NCBI GenBank assembly: GCA_951406725.2
Contig: OX597824.1
Coordinates: forward strand, 40,672,001 to 40,736,000
Direction: 5' to 3'
From: Octopus vulgaris
Taxonomy: Eukaryota
DNA: 64,000 nucleotides
The translations under genes and the position numbers were made by a program. A model generated the notes under the pieces. That model saw nothing but the letters and a program-made list of their open reading frames with translations, had not been told where the DNA came from and did no database searches. Position 1 is the stretch's first letter. Each line of letters opens with the position of its first letter. This document shows, piece by piece, positions 26,400 through 38,310 of this stretch.

Positions 26400-27130
26400 G
26401 AAAGGACAGTGACCATGGCCTTAGCAGGCCCCCTTAGCTTCCTATTCCTCTTGAACTTTTGTAAATTAAACACCCATGGAGAAGATGAGAGCAGGGTGGG
26501 AATTCCAGAGGGCCACCATCCTTGAAAGGAAGAACTGAGTGTAGTGATCAGTTCAGAGCCTGGAGTGTTGGACACAACAAGAGTGATGAGGAGGTGAGAC
26601 AGGAATGCCCAAGTGAAAATGGCATGAGCCCAGTCAGCTCCGAGGAGTAAAGGCCATTATAGTAGCAGTAAAGTAGAGAGAGGAAATAGCATGCCTGTGG
26701 ATCAGCAGCTGGAGAGCACCTATGACATTATGCCAATCAATGAGGTGACTTTACTGCATAGTTAAGTTAAAGTTACCTTCTCAAGTCATACTGATTCATA
26801 AGGGCCAGTTTCCTGGTCTCATGGTGTAAAAATTCCTCACCTGGATGGGATACCGGTTCATCACAGAATTACTCATTTTTGCCAGCTCAGTAAATTGGAG
26901 TAATGTGAAATGAGGTGTTTTGCTCAAGAACACATCGCATCACCTGGTCCAGGAATTGAAACAATCTTATGACCATGAGTCCAACAACCTAAACACTAAA
27001 CCATGCACCTCCACTTTACTGCATGCAATCTAGGATATTTGTGTTTACAGCAGCACCAACCCAGATGCAAGAATTAGAGTCCACTATGAACCACACCTGA
27101 AGTTTGTTGAGTATCAGTTACTGATTGGGG
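26400..27130 (-). mobile_element. CR1-group LINE 3' ORF2 relic, interrupted by a SINE
   Basis: Degenerate frames give NSCIWVGAA...NILD, and HYTQFFLSRMVALWNSHP...FNLQKFKRN, typical of the CR1/L2-group RT C-terminal tail. Confidence 0.65.
26760..27012 (-). mobile_element. tRNA/CORE-like SINE (family C-related) with 12-bp TSD
   Basis: TSD actttactgcat at 26748-26759 and 27013-27024; central block shared with 53850-54162. Confidence 0.75.
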
Positions 27131-30009
27131 GGGGGGGGCTACAGTATCTTCTTATGCAGAAGAGATGGGCCAATTCATTGGAATGTGGCCCTAGCTATGC
27201 TAAAACAGACATTTGGAGTTCACTGCAATCCTCTAGTGCATTGGGTTTATCAAACAAGATATTAAATGATGTTTACACAATCAGTTCTACATGGACCCTC
27301 AGGTGTCTGCAGAACCCCAAGTTAGGAACCACTGGTACAGTTGATTATATTTATTACTTCTTGACTAATACTTATATTGCTCCTACAACTGATGTTTAGT
27401 CTCTGATTAGCCCTTACCAAGCAAATCTATGATAGAAGTCATTCAAGCTGTAACCCTCTTCCTTTTTTCAGGAGTATCTAGGACTAAAATGTCCAATGTA
27501 TCCCCCATTTTTTTTTTTAAATGCTAAAATGTACTTTGAGAAAATTTTGGCTGCTATTTCTGACTGGTCGAGTGACCTCGTAGATGCTCGCTTGTTTGTT
27601 ATATAAGACAATTAGCAAGAATATTAAAATGAAAGTATAGTGTTGTTTCACTTCTTTAGAATTCAAAAAAAAATATCACATCTAAAGTTTACAAACTTTA
27701 GACCTGTTCTTTTTTTTCTTTTCTTTTTTAATACTAAACATATATTCAAATTAGATAGTAACATACAACACCATTCTGCGATTTTTACAAACTACCAACT
27801 AAGAAATTCATGCTTCTCAAGGCTTTGCTTAAATTCATCAGAAGAATATCATGTTCACTAAAAAACTTTGAGCTGCTCTCAATACAAAATCAATCATAGA
27901 TGCTTCTTCTGAAACAGCACTCAAAAATGCATGAAGGATTAAGCTTACAAAAAAGTAAACACTGCTGATCCTTTCATGGTAAGTGTTTGCCGAACAAGCT
28001 AAAAGTATTTTGAGGATGTCCTTCATAAAAAATAGGCCAACTGTAATCTCAAAATCCTACACAGTATCCAAGCTTTCGGAGCAGTTCCTAATGAAGACCA
28101 ATTTCCAGTGCCAATAAAAGCCAGTAGCTTACAACCTACAACATTTAGTCTCGATACTGCAAAACTTCCGAAAGAATAGAAAAAAGAGAAAGAAGGAAAC
28201 TCCTTCAGAAGATTTTCTTAAATATAATTAAAAGCAAACAAAGCTGCTCAAAGATAAATTATCCAATTTAATTTCCACAATATCATAGCTTTAAAGTGGT
28301 GTGGAAAAAAAATAATAGTAACTAAATACACATTTGTTATTAAAGTAATTTAAACTGACATGTTTTAATAACTACTTTATTATTATTTAACAGCTAACTG
28401 AAAAAACAAACCTCTTGAAATCTGTCCAAAACCCAAATCGCACCTGAGAAGTTGGCAACATGTCCACGAGAATAGAAGTAGAAATATTCTAAAACAGGAT
28501 ATACTGAGAACTATGGCAAATATTTTAATCATCACTGTTTTGGCTTTCCTTCCTTTAAATTTAACATTGATTTTCAAAGGCACTAAATCAGTTTTATAGA
28601 GGAAAGAATTTATGTTTTGACATTCATACTTTCCTAAGTTAAGGTGATGGTGTTGAAAACGATAGGTAAAAGCTTTCGCCAAGTATGAATATTGATATTA
28701 AAACATTGAAACTTTTAATTACACAGGTGGTTGTCAAGAGTCCTAACAAGAATATTTGTGGCTTGGGGGAGGGGGGGACAATTTGTTAGCACATAATTAA
28801 AGACCTTAACACGTGTGTGTACAATAGTATGTGTGAATAGCAACTGGAATGAAGGTTGATCTAACAACGAGTGAGAGAGATAGGAAGAGAGAGTAAAGAG
28901 GGGAAATGACATGTTTACTGACAATTAGAGAGATAGGATATGTGAGAGAGGAAGCAAAGAGAGAGAAAGGATAGATCAGAGTGAGGGAGAGATATAATGG
29001 GACAAAGAGTGGGGAGAGAGTGAGAGAGAGAGAGCGATAATTACAAGTAAAGAAAGGGAGAGTGTGTCAGGGCAAGGGAGAAATAATTGTGACGGAGAGA
29101 GAGTAATAGCATTGAGAGTGCTCTAAGAATAATAACTGTTAACGTCTACAATTAGAAATAAAATATACTAAATTTCTATGAAGACATCGTAAAAGATAAA
29201 TAATTCTACTATTACACTACGACCCATATTTTTGGAAATTTGGTCTCAACATATTTCGATATATTACTTATACTTTTTATTCTTCGGGGGAAAAAAAAAT
29301 CAGAAAAAAAGTGTGCTTACTGGAGTATATTAAACATGAAATGTCTGGTACTTTCTCATCTAAGATTAGAAATGGAAATTAAACGGTGGAAGAAGAAAAA
29401 GGTTGGGCCAAATAAATTCTGGAGAGATGGAGAAATTCTCTCACTCTTCAGTTTTTTGGTCTTTTTAAAGAAAAAAATCCTAATCTCCATCTCTCTCGTT
29501 TTAATCATAATTATTAAGACTATACTTTTTTCTCATAAGTTTAGACACATACATAATGTAGGTACATAATGTACATATATATATATATATGTATGTATAT
29601 ATATATATAAGTATAATTGTATTGTGGGTATATTATATATACACACAAACATACAAAAGGGTATGTATATATAAATATTATACACACTCGTACAGAATTG
29701 CCACACACATATATAGATACAAACACAAGTCCATAATTGCCACATACTTACAAATATATACGTACACACACTCAGACAAATAACGCACTCCGAAGATCAA
29801 AACTAAGTGAACACGATAGGGGTTAGCCATGTTTGAGGAGAACACGTTATTTCAAATAGAAAAAAAAAACTGCTACCTCGTAGCTTATTGAATTCTCAAT
29901 TATAAAAGTAAAAAAAGCCTCGTAGATGGCTTCACAGAAAATATATATATGTGTGTGTATATATCACTGACTTATTTGCTTGTTATATTACATAATTAAC
30001 TCTACTTAC

Positions 30010-30030
30010 GACTTGATTGGGTGCAGCCAT
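30010..30030 (-). CDS. GTF2A1: TFIIA large subunit (alpha/beta precursor), coding exon 1 (MAAPNQV)
   Basis: Minus strand aaatcATGGCTGCACCCAATCAAGTC|gtaagt: strong start context and consensus donor, phase 0, joining exon 2 to give MAAPNQV-PKLY (vertebrate TFIIA has ...NTV-PKLY). Directly downstream of the TATA/CpG region. Confidence 0.85.
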
Positions 30031-30033
30031 GAT

Positions 30034-30060
30034 TTAATATATATTATAATCTGTGTACAT
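30034..30060 (-). promoter_or_regulatory. Upstream ORF (MYTDYNIY*) in the predicted 5' UTR
   Basis: ATG TAC ACA GAT TAT AAT ATA TAT TAA ATC ATG; stop lies 3 nt before the main ATG. Confidence 0.45.
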
Positions 30061-30140
30061 GTATTTTCTAACAGACAATCGTTATGAGCGAAGTGGCGTG
30101 CTGGCTTCTTGGAAGCCACAGATGTTTGCAGCTCGTCTTG

Positions 30141-30148
30141 CTTATATA
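30141..30148 (-). promoter_or_regulatory. TATA box (TATATAAG) of the TFIIA gene
   Basis: Minus strand ccTATATAAGca about 110 nt upstream of the ATG in a locally GC/CpG-richer segment; implies a TSS near 30115. Confidence 0.6.
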
Positions 30149-30196
30149 GGCGATAATAACCCAGCGTCCTGTAGGGGGGTAGCTACAACTGACAAC

Positions 30197-30206
30197 TCTC
30201 GCGAGA
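30197..30206. promoter_or_regulatory. TCTCGCGAGA palindrome (CGCG/BANP-type promoter element)
   Basis: Perfect 10-bp palindrome about 50 nt upstream of the TATA box in otherwise CpG-poor DNA. Confidence 0.6.
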
Positions 30207-30891
30207 TTTGCCTTTTCAATGACAATAATAGAACGAGATTTCAATGGGAATAGCTACCATAGACTTGGTTCCCTGCCTCTTAAAAGCTATTACTACTTTC
30301 TTCTGACGCAAACATAATTACTTTTCGAAAAAAAGTTTTTGTTTATGTTTTTAATATCTATTATTTATTTACTTATTATCATTTAGTTTAAAATGCTTCA
30401 TTTCAGGGTTAATTTTTTTAAATGCAATTTTCGTAATTATCTTATTGCTCATAACATTACTGTCATTCTTACTACTTCCCTGTGCGCTGCTATATACACA
30501 CACACACATACACACACACATACAGGCACCCCCGCGTGATGGCCACCACAGTTTACAGGATTTCGGGATACGGTCTATAATTTCGCTCTTACGGAAAGTC
30601 GTATTGCGTAGTTTTAAATTGTAAACAATTTAAAACTACACTTCTTAGTTGCGTTTTATTTAAGATCAAAGTACATTGTTATCGATTTGAATAACTGCCA
30701 TCACGCTACACCTATACATGCACATACATACATGTATATATAATGCCTTAGCGGACTTTCGGAATAGCACACCCATATAAGTTGCATTTTATCCGTTTTG
30801 ACGGGTAGTTTTCCGGGGGTTTTTTCATCACACTCTTTCAAATGATGGGAGGAAGGGTAGCTTTCTTATTAATTTTTTTTTATTTATGAAG

Positions 30892-31210
30892 CGCAGGCGT
30901 GGCTATGTGGTATGCTTGCTTCCTAACTAAATGGTTCCGGGTTCAGTCCCACTGCATGGCACTTTGGACATGTGTCTTCAACTCTAGCCTCGTGAGTAGA
31001 TTTTGTTGACGGAAACTGAAAGCTAGTCGTACATATATATACATATTTATTTATGTGTGTGTGTGTGTGTCTTTGTCCCCCACCACCACCATCACTTGGC
31101 AACCGATGCTAGTGTGTTTACATCCTCGTAATCTAGCGGTTCGGCAAAGTAAACTGATAGAGTAAGTAACAGACTTACAAAGTATAAGTCTTGGGGTTGA
31201 TTTCTTCGAA
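30892..31210 (+). mobile_element. SINE family A upstream of the TFIIA promoter
   Basis: cgcaggcgtggctatgtgg...ggttcagtccc head, internal GT run, truncated 3' half. Confidence 0.8.
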
Positions 31211-31415
31211 ATTTTACTAGTGCACCTCCACGAAGTTCAGGAAAAAAAAATCCGGATTTTTTGGCGTGGAATCAACTACCCTGGCCTCCTAATGTACCGC
31301 AAACCCTGACATTGTTGTTAAGCTCGATCGTGTCATTGTTCGTGAATATCCGTTAAAAAATGTTATTCCTTCCCTCTTCTTTGAAAGGCGACATTTGCTT
31401 TGAAGGGAAAGCAGA

Positions 31416-31673
31416 AAGTGAAAGATGGACGTGTATATGTGTGAGAGAGTGAGTGAGTGAAGATATGTTGTCATGTACGGATTTTTTTGCATGTATGTGT
31501 GAGAGGCACTCACTCTCTCTCTCTCTCTCTCTCTCTCTCGTGCACACATACATAGATAAAAGATGGATGCATGTACGTGTACATGAAAGATGTGTGTGTG
31601 TGATAGAGAGCGAGAGTGTCGCTTACACATACATGCAAAAAAATACGTACATGACAACACACACCTTCACTCA

Positions 31674-31710
<37 letters not shown>

Positions 31711-31720
31711 TCTTTCACTT
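31416..31720. repeat. Fold-back inverted repeat with microsatellite-containing arms
   Basis: tgttgtcatgtacggatttttttgcatgtatgtgtgag pairs with cttacacatacatgcaaaaaaatacgtacatgacaaca; outer aagtgaaaga/tctttcactt. Confidence 0.85.
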
Positions 31721-32150
31721 CATATACACGTATATACATATATATATGGATTTTGTAGACAGAAATCAATCGTATATATATGTATATATTTATGTAAGTG
31801 TATGTGCGTGTCTTTGTCTCTGTGTTTCGCCCTCATCACTGCTTCACAACTGCTGCTCGTTTATTTGCATCCCCATAACTTACTAGTTTGATAAGAAGAA
31901 ACCAATAGAATAAGTACCAGGCTTATCAACATAAAAAAAGCACTAGGCAATGTCTCATATTTTTGTTTGCCCACTCAGTTGTATCTATCAATTCATCTTT
32001 GTGTTTGTGTGTATTACATACATACATACATATATATATATATAATACACACACACATATATATACATGTATATATATTCATATCTATACATATATATAT
32101 ACATGTATGCATATTTATATCTATTATATCATATCTATTATATATTCACA

Positions 32151-33712
32151 TCTATTATATCAAAGTCAATGTCTTTATGTGTGTTCGTGTGTTATTTTTA
32201 CATTCGAGAACTACTGCACCAATCCTAATGATATTTGGAACTTAGATTCAATACATAAGGGTGGGTATAATGCAATATGTTTGGTTTGAATTTCAGATGG
32301 CTTAAAGGAGGCAGAACCCCCATGAAAATTCATAAATTTTCGATGTTGATGAAATTTCAACCATGGGTAATCGACACACATCAAGAAGTATTCTCGAAGT
32401 TTCCACTTCTCATGAGGATTCTAAGACACCCTAATGAGGGACTTTTAGTAATTTCTTTTATGATCCAAAACTAGGTTAAAAGGTACTGAATGGATCTTTA
32501 CAAAATTTGGAAATTATATTCTACGCATAAGGGCCATAACCCCCATGATATTTTTGCTGTTGATGAAATTTTAACCATAGATATTAGACACAAATGAAGT
32601 AAGTAACTTCTTAGAAGTTAGAAAGACCCCTTCATGGGGACTTAACACCCACAATTTACTCATTTTATCTAAGCAAAGATGAATACAGTTGTGCTCTTGG
32701 AAGCTGTAGGGTCACTCAAGCATAAAAGATGAGCATTATTTGTAATTCGATGGTACAACAGTGCAAGAGTTTGCTTTGAGATATACTTAGATTGTGATTT
32801 CTACAATGTGGTGCATAAATTGTCAAGTAAATGAGAGGCATCTTTGCCTCCACTAATTCAGTTGCAAAGTGTTGAGTAAAGTTATTTGGTTGCAGACATC
32901 CCATGAGTCTTTTTATTATCACTGGGTCACACATAGTCCCCAAATGGTAACATTGATTTCAAGGCCTTCCCAGATGAGTGACTGGTTATTCAAAGACATT
33001 TATACATTGTAAATTTATTCTGCCCAGTTACGTAGCAGTATAGTGGTCATTTGCAAACTCCAGACGTGACACTTTCATTTCTCCTTAGCCCTCACGTCAC
33101 ACAGTTGTTAATGTTTATTTCAGTTGGGTCACACCCTAAAAATTGCTATAGATCCATAATGCATCTTACGGCTGTGCCTGTCACCTGTATGGTGAGGAAT
33201 CCTACATTGGAAGTGGTAACAACTTGGGTACGGTAGCTGACTGCTTATTATGATCATTCGTCTTTTGATTTCCTGTAGCTTTGCTCTCTTTTACAAACCC
33301 AGTGAACATACATATATTTCCTATTTCAAAGAAATTCAAACAATAGATATAAGACCCAAGTTAAAAACATTCTCAAGAATTCAACTTCTCTGCTTGACGT
33401 TAAGACACCCACCCCCAATAGGGGCCTTAACTCACACATTTTAGAGCTCCATGACCTCCATTTTTTAGGAGCAAAATCCTTTTAACAGGTTCTATAAGAT
33501 TGGAATTTAGGAATCTACACATAAAATTCAGTAGTATGGGATACATGTGTCATGATTACAATTTCTTTAGGGTGTGTAAAGAGGGAAATAACCCTCATCT
33601 GCAATTTTGATGAAATTCGAAACAGGTATTCTAGTTCATTACAGAAAATATAACAGAAAAGTCTAATTCTTCAATTGCATGTAACACAGGCAACGCTGCG
33701 TATCTCTGCTAG
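32151..33712 (+). mobile_element. Non-autonomous Helitron
   Basis: A|TC start (tctattatat), CTAG|T end preceded by GC-rich caggcaacgctgcg; internal repeated gttgatgaaattt..accat blocks; no TSD. Confidence 0.65.
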
Positions 33713-33783
33713 TATATATATATATATATTTGATAATAAATCTCTGAGCGAGGTATAAACAGTAGCAGCATGACATTGTGAAG

Positions 33784-33930
33784 TATATTTGCCACCGAAA
33801 TGTGGCTAACCCTTAAGGGTTGAAGCTACTGTAGCTTATAGCCCCAGAAAATGAGAAGATGTCTTCCTGGGGCTACAAGCTACAGTAGCATCAACCCTTA
33901 AGGGTTAGCCACATTTCGGTGGCAAATATA
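33784..33930. repeat. 64-bp-arm inverted repeat (62/64 paired, 19-nt spacer)
   Basis: Arms 33784-33847 and 33867-33930 compared base by base. Confidence 0.95.
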
Positions 33931-33943
33931 TATATATATATTA

Positions 33944-34185
33944 CTAGCAGCTAAGTCCAGTTTCACCCGGTCTGTTTGGATGATGTAGCCTTTTTGAGAA
34001 AAACTTATATTTAGTTCTGTTTAAAATGTTAAGGCGCAAAGCATAGTGTCAAGGATTCCGGTTACAATTTTGTTCAAGCTGAAGTGGAACCAAACTGCTT
34101 TCACATCAAACATTCAAGACTGCTCGTAGCAAAAACTCACCTCCCTTAGGAATTAACTGGGAAAATCTTCCCATTTTATAGTAGA
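33944..34185 (-). mobile_element. Short non-autonomous Helitron
   Basis: Minus strand A|TCTACTATAAAA...ccgggtgaaactgg hairpin...CTAG|T. Confidence 0.7.
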
Positions 34186-34235
34186 TGTACAGACGCTAGG
34201 CTAGTCCATCACATTAAGATTATTTTAAAAGAGAT

Positions 34236-34353
34236 CAGGGAGACCACTTTTATGAAATGTCACAGTATAGAATGTGGTCTCTTGAATGTGGGGCCCCCTT
34301 CGGCGCGGGGCCCAATTGGGAGCAATTGGTCCAATCGGCTTAAGGCCGGCCCT
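34236..34353 (-). mobile_element. hAT-like MITE end fragment
   Basis: GC-rich terminus CAGGGCCGGCCTTAAG on the minus strand with subterminal GGGCCCC motifs. Confidence 0.45.
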
Positions 34354-34354
34354 G

Positions 34355-34960
34355 TAGATGACCTTTCTATTTATGTGAGAGTAGAATATATCCACAAGTA
34401 TATAACTTTGCTCCGGCCAATAGATCAAGATGTAGTAGTTAACTTCAAGATGTATTATATGAGAAGAACTTCCAAACAACTTATGAAAGCAACTGACAGA
34501 GAGAATAAAGATTACAGTTAAAGATTTCTGGAAGAAATTCAACATAACAGAAACTGTGGATGATATATTTGAGTCATGGAATGTAATGAAACCTACAATT
34601 ATGAATAGCATTTGGAAAAGTATATGGACAGACTGTATCCGTGACATTACAAGTTTTCCCCAAACAGAAAGTCTATACCAAATTCTGAAAGATATTGTAA
34701 TACTTGCAAAGAATGTAGAAGTCATAGAGGATGATGTGATAGAGTTGATAGTGTTCAAGAGAGAAAGTTTATCTAATGAAAAAAAAAAAAAAAACAAGCT
34801 GAGAATTCAGATGAGATAATGGAAGTTCTACCTTCACTACATAAACTGACTGCAAGTATTGTTCAAGGAAGATCTGCAAATTTTGATTGTGAACGTAACA
34901 TAAAAATTACAAGAGGAATTTACAATGAATTCCTATACTGAGCTGTACCAAAAGATGATG
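34355..34960 (+). mobile_element. pogo/Tigger-like DDE transposase relic
   Basis: LLRPIDQDVVVNFKMYYMRRT...KDFWKKFNI...IFESWNVMKPTIMNSIWKSIW resembles the Tigger1/TIGD1 C-terminal half; frameshifted. Confidence 0.8.
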
Positions 34961-36099
34961 TATCCCTCTCTCTCTTTCGGAGAGGCACTGAGCAGCTATA
35001 CGCACACATACACACACGGCAGTATCATAAACAACAAACAACTTTGAATAAGTTCTTCATCCCACAAGCTAATGTTCGTTATAATGAACGGGCCTAATGA
35101 ACTATAAGATAGTAAACATTGTCCCTCATCCTCCTTGTAATGCTCATTCCATCACCATCCTTCCCACAATGGTCGACATCTTTAATGGTAAGAATGTACT
35201 TTTACGATATTACCATTCTTATTTATTCCCTAACTTATTCTTCTTGAAATGCTTTTTTTATGTATCTATACAGTACTGTTTATGTTTAAAGGTGATCATG
35301 TTACTTGTTCTCTGTCGTTTTCTTGTACTTCTGTTTTTTTTTTTCTTTTGAAAAAGTCTGTAGGAATGCAGTCTCACTTGATAATATGAAAATCACAAGG
35401 AAAATTAATACGTGCATACACACACGAGTTATTGAAAGTCCTTGAAATTAATACTATTTATGACATACATAGAACAGACAGGGCGAGAGAGAGAGAGTGA
35501 GAGAGAGAAGTAAACACGGCAGTTCCTTATTCGCCGTGCTGATTGTTACAGTTTCAATTCCATGTTGAAGACTCTCCGTCTTCAGCTACATCGCTAACAA
35601 GCCACGGGAGAACAAGATTTGAGTGAATACCAAAATTTTCTTGCTAAATTTTGATCCTTTTACCCACAGGATTTTCACTAAAAAAAAAACCCTTAATTGT
35701 TTCCATTCGTTTTCCACTCACTTAACAGAGTCTACTGAGTGCACTCTACCGTGGAACCAACATTAGAGAGATTGTTCAGCAAGATTAAAGAGTTTACCTT
35801 TCTTCCCCACATTTTCTCCATTCATTTAACAATCACTTTACAGGATGTACTGGGTTTTATTTTATTGTGGCAACAGCACTAGAGAGGTTGTCTTATCCTT
35901 AGCAATACTAAGGAGTTGTTTCTATATTATGTTCTCTCTTTTCCATCAGTGTTGTCTCACTCTTGGCAGATGAAAAAGAGAATGCGGAAAGAGAATCGCA
36001 GCAAGAGAATGATGAAAGAGTAATAGAGGAGTGACTAAAGGAAGAGAGAGTGAATGAAAATTACAGCAAGAAAATATATGTGCTCTCTCTTTCATTATT

Positions 36100-36900
36100 A
36101 ACATTACACATCTAGTACAGCATGCCCTAACAATTTCTTTCTAGTCTTCATAAATCCTCAACATTAGAGGTCCATGATTCGCTTCAATACAGCTCACTCT
36201 TTGTATATGAGCCTTATTCATACCTGTTCTTCATTCTGAGTGACAAGCCCATTTATTGCTAGTAAAGTTAGTATATCCCTCGACTTTTTACATCAAGCTC
36301 TTATTCTAACAACTATGCTTTTGGGATACCCTTCTCAGCTACTAATTAGGTTAGCTAAGCAGCAAAGGCTATCAACTATTTCTATGGAGCCTTTGAACAT
36401 TTGAAAGAATTTATTTCATGTGTTCTTCTACTGCTGAATACATTTCTTCCTCTACCACATATGAGGTCTACCTTTCCTGTTAGCCTGCATTTCATTCCAC
36501 AACATCTTTTGTGTGCCCATATATGAAGTATACTGTATAGAATTGCTACCTATTCCTTTTCTGAATATTGGGTATGACTACTTTTCCAATGGCAGTAGGA
36601 TCTTATCTCTCTCCTCAGACATTCTCTTCATCCAACAACATCTAGTAGTATTTCCTGACTTCTTTCCCCTTGGTGTCAGAGAGGAGAAAATACATTGTTA
36701 TCATTTCAGTCACACCTCCCAACATCTCAATTCTTGCTATTACACAGCCTTGCAATCTGGAACACCTCATGCCTCATTCTCATATCATGGAACATGTGCA
36801 AATTTATTACTTCTCTCCTAGCTCAGTATACCTGATGTGCAGCTTCTCTTCTGATTATTTCATGTTGTTCTTCCAAACTTCCTAAGTTTGTCTCTTTGCT
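36100..36900 (-). mobile_element. Ancient RTE-like RT relic
   Basis: Degenerate RIRA*CKKSRDILTLLAINGL... aligns by eye with RIRIAWAKFRELLPLLVTKGL of the younger RTE; left/right limits uncertain. Confidence 0.4.
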
Positions 36901-37768
36901 TGCATGGCTCTAAAGCAAAAAATGAATAGAAACTAAAGTATTAATGAATCAAAAAAGACAACATCTTCTATTGGACGAGATATGAAATAAGATGAGAACT
37001 GGCTACACAAGCCTGATTATATAGGAAGCTTGTATGTTGCATCATATTGTCACTTAAATGATATATTGTCAATTAAACAATATTTCCAGATAAATGAATC
37101 ACAGGACAAAGGAAATTAAAAACAAAAGATGAATATTCCCAACAAAATAGCAATTTAATTCAATAATGATAAATACTTGGACTTAGTTCATGCAAATTAA
37201 GTTCAAGAATTTAAGAATAAATTTAGTGCATATATAATGGTTAGAGAAATTGTGGATGACAGAAGGGATAAAAGAATTGAATATCACAAAGTTTTTCATG
37301 TAGGTGAAAGGACATACTAAAAGAAATGCACCTGGTTGGATTCAATCCAGAAATTTTCATATTTTATAAGCAAAAGAAAACTTTTGCTTAGAAGAATTGC
37401 AAAACAAATGCAGCAAAAAATCGAGTCAAAAATTAATTTTCTTCATTGGAAAAGAATAGTAAGCCAATTCAACATCATATGTAAATCATCAAACTGAAAA
37501 GGGTTGTAAGTGTATGCTTACTGAAGAAAATAAAATTCTTTAATTCTTTAGAACTTAAATCAGTTTTATCCAACCCATATATTTTTCTTGTTTTATATTC
37601 AAACCAACCAGATCCAGCTTCTCACACCTATCTTACAATGTCATTCTAAAAATAAGCTGTCACATTATTGAAATCTCAAAGCTACAAAATAATGCATGTT
37701 AAGTTCAAAACAATGTGAATAAATAAGCATTACATTTAACATAATAATTTGAATGCTAAAGAGTTTAA

Positions 37769-37883
37769 TTTAATCATAATATGATTTGCCAATAAGGATT
37801 TTAAGATAGAAGTATATAGTAGAATATTAATCATAATATGATTTGCCAATAAGGATTTTAAGATAGAAGTATATAGTAGAATA
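37769..37883. repeat. Direct tandem duplication of about 57 nt
   Basis: taatcataatatgatttgccaataaggattttaagatagaagtatatagtagaata occurs twice back to back. Confidence 0.9.
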
Positions 37884-38310
37884 AAGTCCTTGTTTGTTCA
37901 GTAACAAAAGGATTTACAGAATTTTGCTAACCTGCCTTGAATAAACGAGGCAAGGAACTTCATTATTATTCATTCACTGTGTAATTGAAAAAGTGGTGAG
38001 TTTAGACTTTGATAATTTCTCTATAGTTTGTTCATTATTGAATGGATGAAGATCAGATTTCAAATAGTCTTGCAAATAGTTAGAGACCACTTTAAAAGGT
38101 CAATAAATGGATGAAAAGAATAACTTTGCTTTCTCTTATTGAAAAAAATGTGTATGTACATATATCTGTATATTTGTATGTATAAATGGAAGAAAAAAAA
38201 ACACACATAGATCTGTGTTATATTATGTTGGAAGTAAAATCTCATTGCATTTCTGACATGATCACTTTAGGGTACTTTTTCAGTACTTACAGTAAAGTAA
38301 ACATTAAGCT

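Larger units (their letters stand above)
4234..30009 (-). other. Intron 1 of the TFIIA gene (25,776 nt)
   Basis: GT...AG bounded interval between exons 1 and 2; filled with repeats. Confidence 0.8.

Noticed and set aside
27918-27985. Plus-strand exon ending in a perfect ATG|GTAAGT donor
   Set aside because: All three frames contain stops and no partner exons are evident.
2370-30009. Intronic snoRNA, since human GTF2A1 hosts an H/ACA snoRNA as I recall
   Set aside because: I could not identify a convincing hairpin-H-hairpin-ACA structure by eye; an Infernal/Rfam scan would be needed.
30053-30253. 66-aa plus-strand ORF over the promoter
   Set aside because: GTG start, no recognisable domain; explained by higher local GC content.
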